Of a stretch of DNA of 64,000 bases, positions 53,263 to 64,000 are shown one piece after another (position 1 is the first letter of the stretch; each line of letters begins with the position of its first letter). Where the stretch lies: the NCBI GenBank assembly GCA_973851085.1, contig OZ316775.1, positions 16,926,001 through 16,990,000 on the forward strand, read 5' to 3'. Source of the DNA: Ptychomitrium polyphyllum. Taxonomy: Eukaryota. The translations under genes were made by a program, and so were the position numbers. The notes below the pieces were generated by a model. It saw only the letters and a program-made list of their open reading frames with translations. It was not told where the DNA came from and did not search any database.

Positions 53263-53796
53263 TCACTTCCTCTTTTAGCTTCAAGATCTTCAAGGAGCAA
53301 TAAATGTTGAGAGTCATAAAAAGTCAAATTTTATTGCATGGTATCCGCAACATACTCCAATTGCCTTTCTCGATTCAAATGGTTCATTGGTCCTTGTAAT
53401 CACCGATAGTATCTAACACTTTCTACTTGGAATTAAACATGAACTTCTATATCTTCATTGTGAAAACGTCCTTCAAAAATAGCTTCAGGATAACCTTTAT
53501 AAGCCGGTTCCATTTCAAAGACAATCACCAATAATCTATTGCTGGGTATCTTCCAATGTCTTTTTGGTCCAATCTGTTGTTTATAATAAGGTCCTTGCCG
53601 GGAGCCACTTGGTTGATTTAACGCCATTGGTATGATATTTGCATCTTGATTGCCCATATCTAATATATCGAGCTAGTCTCAAAAGACTATGACAAACTTC
53701 AAAATACAAACGACTAATTTCTAAATCATGTCTAGGGCTTTGAAAACTTATGATGTAGGAATTACTTTCTCTCCTACTTAAAAGCCCAAGCATCAA
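53263..53796 (-). pseudogene. Accessory ORF of unknown function downstream of pol in element D (degenerate)
   Basis: ORFs 53581-53796 and 53433-53657 plus in-frame continuation align with 33546-34196. Confidence 0.7.
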
Positions 53797-53849
53797 GAGC
53801 CTTTAAGGTTACGTAGCATTACCGAACCACTGTTCCACTAACTGTTACT

Positions 53850-54559
53850 TTTGGTTTGGATGGATGATGTTGATGGAATCCACAAACTTTTACTCATAAA
53901 TTGGCAAGGTTGCTAGCTGGCTCCCATGTACATTCACTTATGTTATATCCGTGCCAATGTACCAAGTATTCCGGCTTTCCACATCTTATTTGTGAGTCAA
54001 GTACTTCCTCCACTTCAAATTCATGATGATTGTTGATTTCAACCACAAGTGGTGGCAATTGTCTTTGTCTAGGGATACTTAATTCCTTATAACTCTCCAA
54101 AAGTGACATGTGGAAGACATGATGTACCTTCATTGATGTTGGTAGTTCCAAACAATTTGCCACATGGTTGACTTGTTTTTTGATTGCAAATGGTCTCCAT
54201 CTGCAATAGTCCAGCTTTTCACATGGCCTATTGGTCCTTATATTGTGTGGAAGGAGCCATACCTCCTCACCAACTTGGAATGGAGGTTGTTCTTTCCTTG
54301 TTCCATCTGCTGCTGTTTTATATTGTTCTTGAGCTTCTTCTTGTTGAGTCTTCAAGGTTGTTTGAAGCTCTGCCATACCTTTGGCAAATTCTTGTATTGC
54401 TGGATTTTCAAATCATGGAGGCTATAACATATTTATTGTTTAATGATGTCTATAATTGGAGTAGAATGGCATTTGTTGAATTGAAGTATGAATGGTGTTA
54501 TTGTAGGCAAACTTAGTTAATGCATAGTAAGAAAATTAATCATCTTGTTGATAGTTGAA
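53850..54559 (-). pseudogene. pol: Integrase C-terminus and chromodomain of element D
   Basis: FQVGEEVWL, KLDY, VHHVFHMSLLE, EFEVEEVLDS...YLVHWHGY...TWEP. Confidence 0.9.
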
Positions 54560-55721
54560 TGTCGTGCACCTCTCTTTCAGGAGTGCTCGCAAAACTAAAG
54601 GCACAAAAAGGATCCAGAACAACGTCCGGGACTTGTAGCGCCGATAGTGAAAGGAACTAAGTAGGCCTAGTGTGGGAAGGATCCTGAGGAGGAGATATAT
54701 CCTTGCCCATGTAGACCAAGGGTCACAAGGGAGAAATTGTAGGCATTGGAAGACTCACAAAGAGCTGTTTCTAGTATGCTAAAGATTGCTCAAATTGGAC
54801 AAGGGAGCTAAAAGATATGGCATCCCAAAGTTGGGGTTGCCAAGGGGCTGTTCTGGACTTTAGCAATCATAGACAGTGACTATATTGAACTCGGACAGTA
54901 CAAAAAAGGACTTCCCACTAGTCCCGACCCTTGGAAGAGGCGTATCTCTTAGAGTATAAAGTCAAATCAGACGTTTGAGGAGTCTATCGGCATCTACGCA
55001 AAGAGTAACCACGATAGAATGGTTACCCGACAGATTTGGACACCAAACCTAGAAGATATAGCTCCCTAAAGGCCCTCAGGAAGTCCTGGACGCTTCCAGC
55101 GGCTAAATTCCAAGGGAGATCAGGTAGTTTTCCAAAACCTTGGACGTGTCGGGGTTCAACCAGATATAGAGGGCCAGGGGGCTTGCCGAATCCAACAAAG
55201 AGTACTATAGGGGAGGGCTGGTCTCCCTCCCCACTCCTCTAGTGTCCCAGTAAGAACCAAGGGTGAGCCCGGTTGGTGGAGATAGTGTTGGGACTTCACC
55301 ATAGGGATTCCCACACCATTGTGAGCTGGTGGACGACCGGTTTAACAAAGGGAATTAGTGAGACTAAACAAGCACGCTTGTTACCTCTACGTTCGGGTGG
55401 TGTCTTCACGTCGGCAATATAATGGCCTGGGATGATCTTTGGATCACATGGAGATCATGATTGGTGGTGAGGAGACACCACTAAGTGTGGTTAAGCCATG
55501 TGGAATGGGAATAACACCAAATGAGGCCTTGGATATGAATAGAAGTCTGCACCTAATCATTGGCTAGTTTTCAATTGGGCGGCCTAAAAGAAACGGTAGG
55601 GGAAATATTAAACCAAGCTTGGCACTCGGAGAGTAAAAATAGAAGTTAACCATGTGCATGTGGGGGTATACAGGGTTGACGCGCGTGACGCTTGCTAAGG
55701 TGCATTACAAGGGTTGCAACA
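54560..55721 (+). repeat. 5' LTR of element C (1,162 bp)
   Basis: TGTCG...CAACA, followed by the PBS. Confidence 0.93.
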
Positions 55722-55723
55722 TT

Positions 55724-55735
55724 TGGTATCAGTGC
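55724..55735 (+). promoter_or_regulatory. PBS for the 3' end of tRNA-iMet
   Basis: TGGTATCAGTGC, 11/12 match to TGGTATCAGAGC. Confidence 0.9.
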
Positions 55736-55773
55736 AGGCTTTGAGTACCCAAGTGCTCAGTTGCAAAGAGGCA

Positions 55774-56775
55774 ATGGGTAAGAAGAAGGCCGGTGATGGT
55801 GGAGAGTCCGGGGCCTTTAAACAACTATGCAGAAGGGTGAACAAAGACCTCGATCCGATTAATGAAGCTCCATCTTTTAATTCCAATGAACAAGGGAATG
55901 ACATTGGAGCCACTAAAGAAGTTGAGGAAATTCAACAAGACAAAGCGTTGGAGGCTGGAGACTACTCAGGAGCTAATATTCTTGAGCCACCTGAGGGCCT
56001 AGAAAGTCAAGACCCTGACTTAAGTTTTCACATGAAAATACTAGAGTCTATGAACGGTGTGAACCAAAAACTCAAGCGTTGCAAAGAAAAAAGGGCCCGT
56101 CAAAAGAGGTTGATTGAGCACTTGATGGCACAAGGTTCCAAGCCCTCATCTTCAACCAAAAAGTTGGCCAAGATGAACATGCCAAGCACTTTTTTTAAAC
56201 CAAATAAAGCAAGGAAGGTGAAGGAGTTTCTTTTGGAAATGGACAACTATTATGATGTTCAAAAGCCAGACAAGAAGGACAAGATTTCAATTGCGGTGAC
56301 CTTTCTAAAGAAACATGCTCTTCAATGGTGGACAAGTAAAAAGGAGCAAGAGCCGGAGTTGGTCGCGACTTTGTCTTATGTCGGTTTTAAAGAGATTTTG
56401 AATGAATGCTTCATTTCGGATTACCAAAAGTTGAGGGAGGGCATGAACTTGGTGCAAATGAGGCACACTGGGTCGCTCAAGACTTATGTGCAAGATTTCA
56501 ATGCCCAAATGAATGCCACATTCAAAATGGATGAGTTTTCAAAGAAATGCACCTTTGTGGGTGGGCTACAAAAGTGGGTGGTGGACGCCTTGTTCAAGCT
56601 TTCAAAGCTTCCGGAGGACTTGGCAGAAATCATTAAGATTGTGGAAAGAGTTGAAGCCGATGGATCCGAAAGAAAATTAAGTGGTCCTTCTCAACAAAGT
56701 AGATTGAGCCAAAATGTATCTTGCAGTGAAGAACGCAAGAAATTTGGCTTTGAAACAAACACAAGGAACAAGTAG
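55774..56775 (+). CDS. gag: gag of element C (open from the MGKKK start; zinc knuckle separated by a stop and frameshift)
   Basis: Long ORF with AVTFLKKHALQWW and SLKTYVQDF; CHGCGKIGHFIAEC follows in the ORF starting at 56847. Confidence 0.85.
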   Translation: MGKKKAGDGGESGAFKQLCRRVNKDLDPINEAPSFNSNEQGNDIGATKEVEEIQQDKALEAGDYSGANILEPPEGLESQDPDLSFHMKILESMNGVNQKLKRCKEKRARQKRLIEHLMAQGSKPSSSTKKLAKMNMPSTFFKPNKARKVKEFLLEMDNYYDVQKPDKKDKISIAVTFLKKHALQWWTSKKEQEPELVATLSYVGFKEILNECFISDYQKLREGMNLVQMRHTGSLKTYVQDFNAQMNATFKMDEFSKKCTFVGGLQKWVVDALFKLSKLPEDLAEIIKIVERVEADGSERKLSGPSQQSRLSQNVSCSEERKKFGFETNTRNK

Positions 56776-56846
56776 ATGGATGGGCCTACAACAAAGTGAA
56801 CCACCATGAGAAAAGTCCATTCAAATTGTGAAATAAGGGTGCTGAG

Positions 56847-59800
56847 GTGAAACACATGCGTTGCCACGGGTGTGGCAAGATTGGTCACTTCATTGCCGAG
56901 TGCCTTGATAAAAAGGTGAGTACCAAAGCATGTCACACTTGTGTTGTGGATCACATTTTAGAAGGTGGATTCATAGCCAAGGCTAGTAGCCTTAAGCCAA
57001 GGTCGAGTCTCTTACACCTTGGGGCCCAAATAAATGGCAAAAATGTCTCATGTTTGATTGACACACGGGCAATGCACTCCTTCATGAGTCCCAAACTAGC
57101 AAGGGAGTTGGGCTTGTCGGCTCAAAAAAGCTAGCAAGCCCATCAACGTGCAATTTGCAAAAGGCAAACCGTACGAGACGAAGGAGGTGGTGTTGGATGT
57201 GGCCTTAAGCAGTGGAACACTGAAGTTGAAGGAAAGTTTTACACTATGAGAGATGGATGAAGTAGACCTCATTTTAGGTGATACCTTTTTTGAAACTCAT
57301 GTGGTGGATGTGAAGCAAAAGCCAGCACGGTTAGTAGTGCGCCGTGGTGGGAAGGAGGCAATATTGAAGTTGACAAGGACTCGTATGGTTGCGGGAGGAA
57401 AGTTGAACTTAGTCTCCTCAGATCAATTAGAGAATAACCAATTTGTGGTTGTGATGCAAATGGAGCAAGAAGAGGGGAATAGGCCAAGTGCCGAGGAGGT
57501 AAGATCTATTCCCAAGTGCATTCAAAATGTACTAAGTGGTTACAAGGATGTGCTCACCAATGAGCTGCCCGCAGAGTTACCGCCAAGAAGAGAAGTGGAT
57601 CACAAAATTGAAGTGATATTGGGAATGGAGCCCCCTTCAAAGGCTCCATACCAGTCGAACCAAAAAGAGCTAGAAGAGTTGAAGAAGCAACTGAATGACT
57701 TGTTGGGAAGAGGCTATATTAGGCCAAGTAAGTTGCCATATGGAGCAGTGGTCTTCTTCGTGGACAAAAATGATGGCAAGCTCTACATGTGTGTGGACTA
57801 TAGAGCCTTAAATAAAGCCACCATCAAGAACAACTATCCTTTGCCTCGGATTGATGATCTCTTTGATAGATTGGCGGGAGCTAAATACTTTAGTCGGATA
57901 GACTTGAAGTTGGGCTACTATCAAATCTGCATTGCGGATGAAGATGTGCAAAAGACCGCATGCCGCACTAGGTATGGATCCTATGAATTTTTGGTGATGC
58001 CATTTGGGTTGTGTAATGCTCCTTCAATGTTCATGACCCTCATGAACACCATCTTTCGAGAAGAGATGGATGACTTTGTCATTGTGTATATTGATGACAT
58101 CTTGGTGTACTCCAAGTTGGCGGAAGAACATGCAAGGCACCTCGAAGTGGTGCTTCAAAAACTTAGGGACCACAAACTTTATGCCAACGGAAAAAAGAGT
58201 GAGTTTGCTCAACTTGAGATTGAGTTCTTGGGCCATATAGTGACGGATGATGGAATCAAGCCAGACATAAGGAAGATAAAGGCAATTAGAGAGTGGAAAC
58301 AAACTTCTACACAAAAGAGGCTGAGATCATTTCTCGGCCTAGCAAATAATTATAGGAGGTTCATATGCAACTTCTCCAAAATTGCTAGACCTTTATCCGA
58401 CTTGCTGAAGAAAAGAGCTAGCCAAGTATGGGATGGATTTTGTCACCAAGCTTTTCAAGAACTGAAGGACAAGTTGTCACAATCGCCGGTATTGAAGTTT
58501 CCAGAGTTTGAAAAGCCCTTGAGGTCCACACGGATGCAAGTGACTTTGCCATTGGCGGAGTGGTCATGCAAGAAGGCATGCCAATTGCCTATGAGAGCAT
58601 GAAGTTGAATGGGTGCCAAAAGAGGTGGCCCATGCATGAGAAAGAACTCTTTGCCGTAGTGCATTGTTTGAAAACATGGTGGCACTACTTGGGCCTACAT
58701 AAAACCAAAGTCTACACGGACAATGTGTCCTTGAAGTACTTTGAGTCACAAGCACAAATGAGTGCAAGGCAATTGAGGTGTCATGACACCTTGGCACTCA
58801 TGAATGTGGATTTGATCCACAAGCCGGGGCGTGACAATATAGTGCCGGATGCTCTAAGTAGGCGGGAGGAGTTGCAAGCGATGGGCACAACCCAAGTCCT
58901 GCAAATAATGTACAAGGGAGAGCAATTTGGAAAGGAAGATAAGAGAGGGGTACATGAAGGATTCCAAAGCACAAAGGCTTCTTGGTGAGCTTAAGAAGGG
59001 TAAGAAACTTAAGGAAATTAAGTTGGAGAAGGGATTGCTCAAGTACAAACAAAGTCGGGTGTATAAGCCTCAAGGAATATTACGGTTGTTGGTTTTGAAA
59101 GAAGAACATGATAGTTCCATAGCCGGCCATAGAGGGGAAAAAACCACCATAGCGACGGTGTCAAGAAGGTACTTTTGGCCGGGCATGAAAGCGGAGATTG
59201 CCGACTTTGTGAAAACTCGTGTGAAGTGCCAACTTAATAGGGCCTCTTATCAAAAGCAAGCCGATCTACTACAACCTTTGCCAACTCCGCCGGGTCCGTG
59301 GCATAGCATGTCCATAGACTTCATCACAAGTCTTCCGGAATCGCAAGGGCATGATGCCATCTTTGTGATGGTAGATCGCTTTAGCAAGTTGGCACACATG
59401 GTGCCAACTAGAGGAACCGTAACTGCACATGAGACCGCAAAGCTATTCCTCGATGCATGGTGGAAACATCACAGGTTGCCGAGAGTGATTGTGTCGAACC
59501 GAGATCCAAAATTCACTAGTGCTTTTTGGAAACATTTCTTTAGGAAAGTTGAAACCAAATTGACGTTTAGCACTGCCTTCCATCCTCAAGCCGATGGGCA
59601 AACGGAACGAGTGAACGGAGTGTTGAACCAATACTTGAGGAACTTTGTGAGTGCGGACTAGTGCAATTGGGTGGATTATGTGAGCCTAGCGGAATTCAGT
59701 TACAATGCGGCCAATCATTCGGCGACAAAGCAGCCGCCATTTAAGGTGGCTTATGGAGTGGAGCCACTCTAGCCTGTCAACTTAGCTCTCGAAGGGGCAC

Positions 59801-60399
59801 ATTCAACACTACAATTTAACCAAGATGGTGAGGACTTGGCCAAAAAGCAGGAACGGATGTTGGAGAAGACCAAACTTTTGTTGGAAAAGGCTCAAAAGCG
59901 GTACAAGAAACAAATCAATGCCGGAAGACGTGAAGTGAAGTATGAAGTAGGCCAAAAGGTGTTGTTAAATGTCAAGAACTTTAGCTTGCCCAAAGGCCTC
60001 ACTCCAAAGTTCATGTCCAAGTTTGCGGGGCTGTTTTCCATTGTGGAGTGGATGTTTAAAGATGTGTAGAAGTTGGAGCTACCACCCAAAATCAAAGTGC
60101 ACCCAACATTTCATATCTCACTCCTTAAGCCATTCAAAAAAGATACCTTGTGGTCCAATCGCAAACAAGTGATTTGGCCACCGCCGGAATTGGTGGGCGA
60201 CCACTTGGAATACGAAGCAGAAGAAATTCTCAAGTGTAGGCACCACAAGAAAGTAGGAAAAGAGTATTTGGTGAAGTGGAGAAGGTACCATGAAAAGGAA
60301 GCAACTTGGGTAGCAGCCAAGGACTTGGGACATGCCAATGAAGTGGTGGAACGCTTTGAAAGGGATAGGAACTCCAACAAAAGACAATGTCGGCATTGA
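56847..60399 (+). pseudogene. pol: pol of element C (PR-RT-RNase H-integrase-chromodomain), several stops and frameshifts
   Basis: [64 protein letters not shown]...ATWV. Confidence 0.95.
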
Positions 60400-61188
60400 T
60401 GAGGACATCAATTTCTTTTAGTAGGGAGAGAGTTGCTTGCAGTTATAAGTTCTTCACATCATGTATTGGTTCCTTGGCTCATGGCAATAAAGTTCAACTT
60501 TTGTGTGTGCAATGAGACGAGTATAAGATGACGTCTTAGTCTTGTGCTTGTGCTAAGTTGGTAGAAGAGGGGGAATAGACATGTGAAAGCAAGTTGGAAA
60601 GGCCGAGTAATGGGGACCAAGGCTTGGAGGAGGAATGGTCATAACCATGAAACCTCTTAGTTTCGGGCTTGTCCGGGCGAGGACAGGGTAATGGCACGTG
60701 CTTATAAAAACACCACTCCTACAAATTAACAAAAGTTAGTACATAGAAGTCATGAACTTATCTCTGAGAATTGATAGTGCGATCCAGGTTGGGCGGAACT
60801 TGGCATTACCCCCGTGCGATCAAGTCGTGGAATAAATGCCACCTTGGGTTTGCAACTAAGACAACTTGGTGGAGCATTGAGGTCTTGCCTAGTCAGAGAG
60901 GAAGAGTTAGGGCAGTGTAGCTTAACTAGGGAGTGTATCCCAAGAGGGTGTCAAAGTAGGTAGGTCTAGAGTAGTTTAGGGCGTTAGGAATTTTGTCTAA
61001 GATGCCTAAACAGACCACATCCTAAACGACACTTTGGAGACTTTGCCAAAGATTTATGAATGCATTGTGGGGGTCGCATCCTGGATGAAACACAATGCTG
61101 CACCACTAGAGGATGGCAACTTTGGAATTGGTGTGCCGACTACAAGTATAGTTGATGAGGGCATCGACTCCATTAAGGTGGAGGTGAG

Positions 61189-62317
61189 TCTTGCGTACCT
61201 CACTTGAGGAGTGTCTGCAATACTAAGGGCACAAGGAGGACCACAAAGTGACGTCCGGAGCTTGTGGCGCTAATAGTGAAGTGGCCCGAGTAGGCTTAGC
61301 GTGGAAAGGATCCTGAGGAGGAGAAACATCCCTGCACATGTAGCTTGAGAGTCACGAGGGATAAATTGTAAGCATTAGAGTACACACAACAAGTTGATTC
61401 TAGAATGCTAAAGATTGCTCAACTTAGACAAGGGATCTAAAAAATATGGCATCACTAAGTTGGTGCTGCCGAGGGGCTATTTCTAGGCTGTGGCAGTCCT
61501 AAACAGTGACAATACAGGGAGGGACTCCTGAAGAGCTCCAAACTCTGGGAGAAGCATATCTCCAAGAGTAATAACTCAAATCGGACGTTTGATGAGTCTA
61601 TTGGCATCTACGCAAAGAGCAAATGACGATACAGTGGTTGTTTGATAGATTGAAACACCAAACATGCAAGATATGGCTCCCTGAAGGTCCGCAGCGAATT
61701 CTGGAGGCTTCCAGCGGCTAAGTGTCAAGGGAAATCGGGTGGTCTTTCAAAGTTTTGGATGTGTCGGAGTTCAGCCAACTACAAAGGGCCAGAGAGCCTG
61801 CCAAATCCCACAAAGAATACTATTGGAGAGGGCTGGTCCCCCTCCTCACTCCCTTAGTGTCCCGGTAGGAACCAAGGATGAGTCCCGGTTGGTGGAGCTA
61901 GTGTTGGAGCTTCACCACGGGAACTCCCACACCATTGTGAGTTGGTGGATGACCAGTGTCACAAAGGGACTTAGTGAGATAACAAGGTTACGCTTGTTAC
62001 CACTAAGTTGGGGCGGTGTCTTTACGCCGGCACCATGATGGCTTGGGATGATTTTAGGATTGCATGGGGATCATGAGTGGTGGTGAGGAGACACTACTAA
62101 GTGCAGTTAGGTTGTGTGGAATGGGAGTAACACCAAGTGAGGCCTTGGATACAAATGGAAGTGCGCATTTAACCATTGGCTACCAATCAGTTGGATGTCC
62201 TAAGAAAAACGATAGAAAGACTTTGAGAGTGAGAATGGGAATTAACCATGTGCATGTGGAGGTGTACAAGGTTGATGCGCGTGACATTTGTTAAGGTGCT
62301 TTATAAAGATTGCGACA
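61189..62317 (+). repeat. 3' LTR of element C (1,129 bp)
   Basis: Follows the PPT AAGGTGGAGGTGAG (61175-61188); ends GCGACA. Confidence 0.93.
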
Positions 62318-64000
62318 TTGATGGTTCATTTCAGATATTGCCCCAAGATTTGGTTTACTCGCTTTGTTTGGCCGTTGGTTTGAGTATAAAAGGCAAAACA
62401 AAGTTTGATGTCTACCTTAAGGATTTTAAAGAGCGACTTTTAAAATGTTGATATAAATTCTGGTTTACAATCCGATATAATATTGTTGGGTAATTTATGG
62501 TAGCGGTAGACATTATTTATGAAGATTGTGGTAGTCTCTTCATCCGTAATTGTCTTCTTGTTAGATAAAAAATGTGCCATATTGGTCAATTAGTCTACCA
62601 CAACAAAGATGGTTTCAAAAAATTAAAACGGACGACCACGGTTGCTTTCGAATAGGTAGTGGTTGGAGAAGTTTATATGTCACAGTGTCGAGGATTTTTT
62701 GACCTAGAGCAAGTATTACATGAGAGTGCAAATTCTCTAATGGCCTCCACATTTGAAGCCACCAAAAATCTTGAGAAAAGAGCTCCAAGGTTTTGTTGAA
62801 TCCAAAATGTTCAGTTGTAGAAAAGTCATGACGTGCTTGAAATACACAAAGGCGAATTGGTCCTTCAAGAATATATAGACGTTCTTCAAAGTAGACAAGG
62901 TTGTCTTCTAATTTGAAGTTAGACACATCTTCAAGATGGTTATTGGAACGACACCTAATATCAAGAATAAGAGGGTCCTTAGTAGATGCCACACGCACTT
63001 AGTAAAGGAATGATAAATCCATCAGAATTGAAATGGTGGTTGTGCGTATACCAAACCGTTTGGGTTTCAATAAAGTTGCTTGTTATTGATTGTATGCTAC
63101 TTCTCTTTCCTTTGGCGCAAGATATGATCGCCTTGATAAAGCATTTGATAATTCTTGCTGTTTTACGAGTCGATATGTGATGCAAAAATCAAATCAAGAT
63201 AGAGACATACTCCAACAAAATGATGGCGATTCAAAACACGGGCTGACATGAAATATTCCAAGTCCTTCTGATCAGTATAAACAATCACTGGATGCACGGC
63301 ACCCTTAAGCTAGTGACGCCATTCTTGGAAATAATCCACAATTGCAAAGAATTCCTTGTCGTGGATCTTGTAGTTGATTTCTGCAGCTGAATTTTTTTTG
63401 GAATGAAATGCAATTGGATGGAGTCTTCCTTCTCCTCCCATTTGTGACAAAATAGCTCCTCGTGCAAAGTTAGAATCATTTGTCTCAAGATAAAGTTGCT
63501 TTGAAAATTCATGAATGGTAAAATTGGAGCTATGGTAAAAGCTTGCTTTAAACTTTTGAATGCATCCTCAGCACTGGATTTCCACTTAAGCTTTTCCATG
63601 CATGTTAGTCGCGTGAGTGATGTAACTATTTGAGAATCGTCTTTGATGAAGATCCCATAGAAGTTTACAAATCCAAGAAAATATTGGACGTCGTATATTA
63701 ATTTTGGCCTCGTTCAATTGCTAATTGCTTTGACCTTCTTTAAATCCATTAATAGTCCTTTATTAGAGATGATATAACCAAGGAATTCCACCTGAGGTTT
63801 GTGGAATATACTTTTCTCCACCTTGGCATACAAATTGGCATCTTGAGTTTTTGTAGGATTATGCAAACATATCCTTCATGATCCTCTAGATTCTTTAAAA
63901 AGATCAAGACATCATCCAAATAGCATACGACAAAATCATCAAAGCACTTCCAAAATATGTCATTCATCAAGTGTTGAAAAATGGCGAGTGCATTGGTAAG
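62318..64000 (-). pseudogene. pol: RT-RNase H-integrase part of element D pol (heavily disrupted)
   Basis: MMNDIF...VVCYLDDVLIF, AFKSLKQAFTIAPIL, HFGFNKTLEL...FWWLQMW, LLQPLPI. Confidence 0.92.

Larger units (their letters stand above)
54560..62317 (+). mobile_element. Full-length Ty3/gypsy chromovirus C (tRNA-iMet primed, ~1.15-kb LTRs)
   Basis: Two LTRs, PBS TGGTATCAGTGC, gag-PR-RT-RH-INT-chromodomain, PPT, TSD TTGAA/TTGAT. Confidence 0.95.
52877..64000 (-). mobile_element. Ty3/gypsy element D (second Tcn1-like chromovirus family), interrupted by element C; 5' part lies outside the window
   Basis: RT (CYLDDVLIF), RNase H and integrase fragments at 62318-64000 continue at 54559 (QYLK*TINYQQD across the insertion); chromodomain; PPT AAAGAGGAAGTGA; 3' LTR. 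Confidence 0.9.

Overview
Eukaryotic, very AT-rich plant DNA; the retrotransposon types suggest a bryophyte (moss-like) genome, which is an inference. No intact host protein-coding gene, tRNA or rRNA is evident. The window holds two nests of degenerate LTR retrotransposons. Nest 1 (22.6-38.4 kb): two Tcn1/Tf1-type chromoviral Ty3/gypsy copies face each other (A on +, B on -) and share a 1,188-bp apparently identical inverted tract. B's 3' LTR is split by a full-length Ty1/copia element, which itself carries a gypsy solo LTR. Nest 2 (52.9-64 kb): a Tcn1-like gypsy (D, - strand) is interrupted by a full-length Met-tRNA-primed chromovirus (C, + strand). The most novel signal is a degenerate accessory ORF between the chromodomain and the 3' LTR whose protein motifs are conserved between the two divergent Tcn1-like families B and D. 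Three priming modes are visible side by side: self-priming, half-tRNA-iMet and full tRNA-iMet. The remainder is AT-rich intergenic DNA with short tandem duplications and faint transposon or LRR relics.
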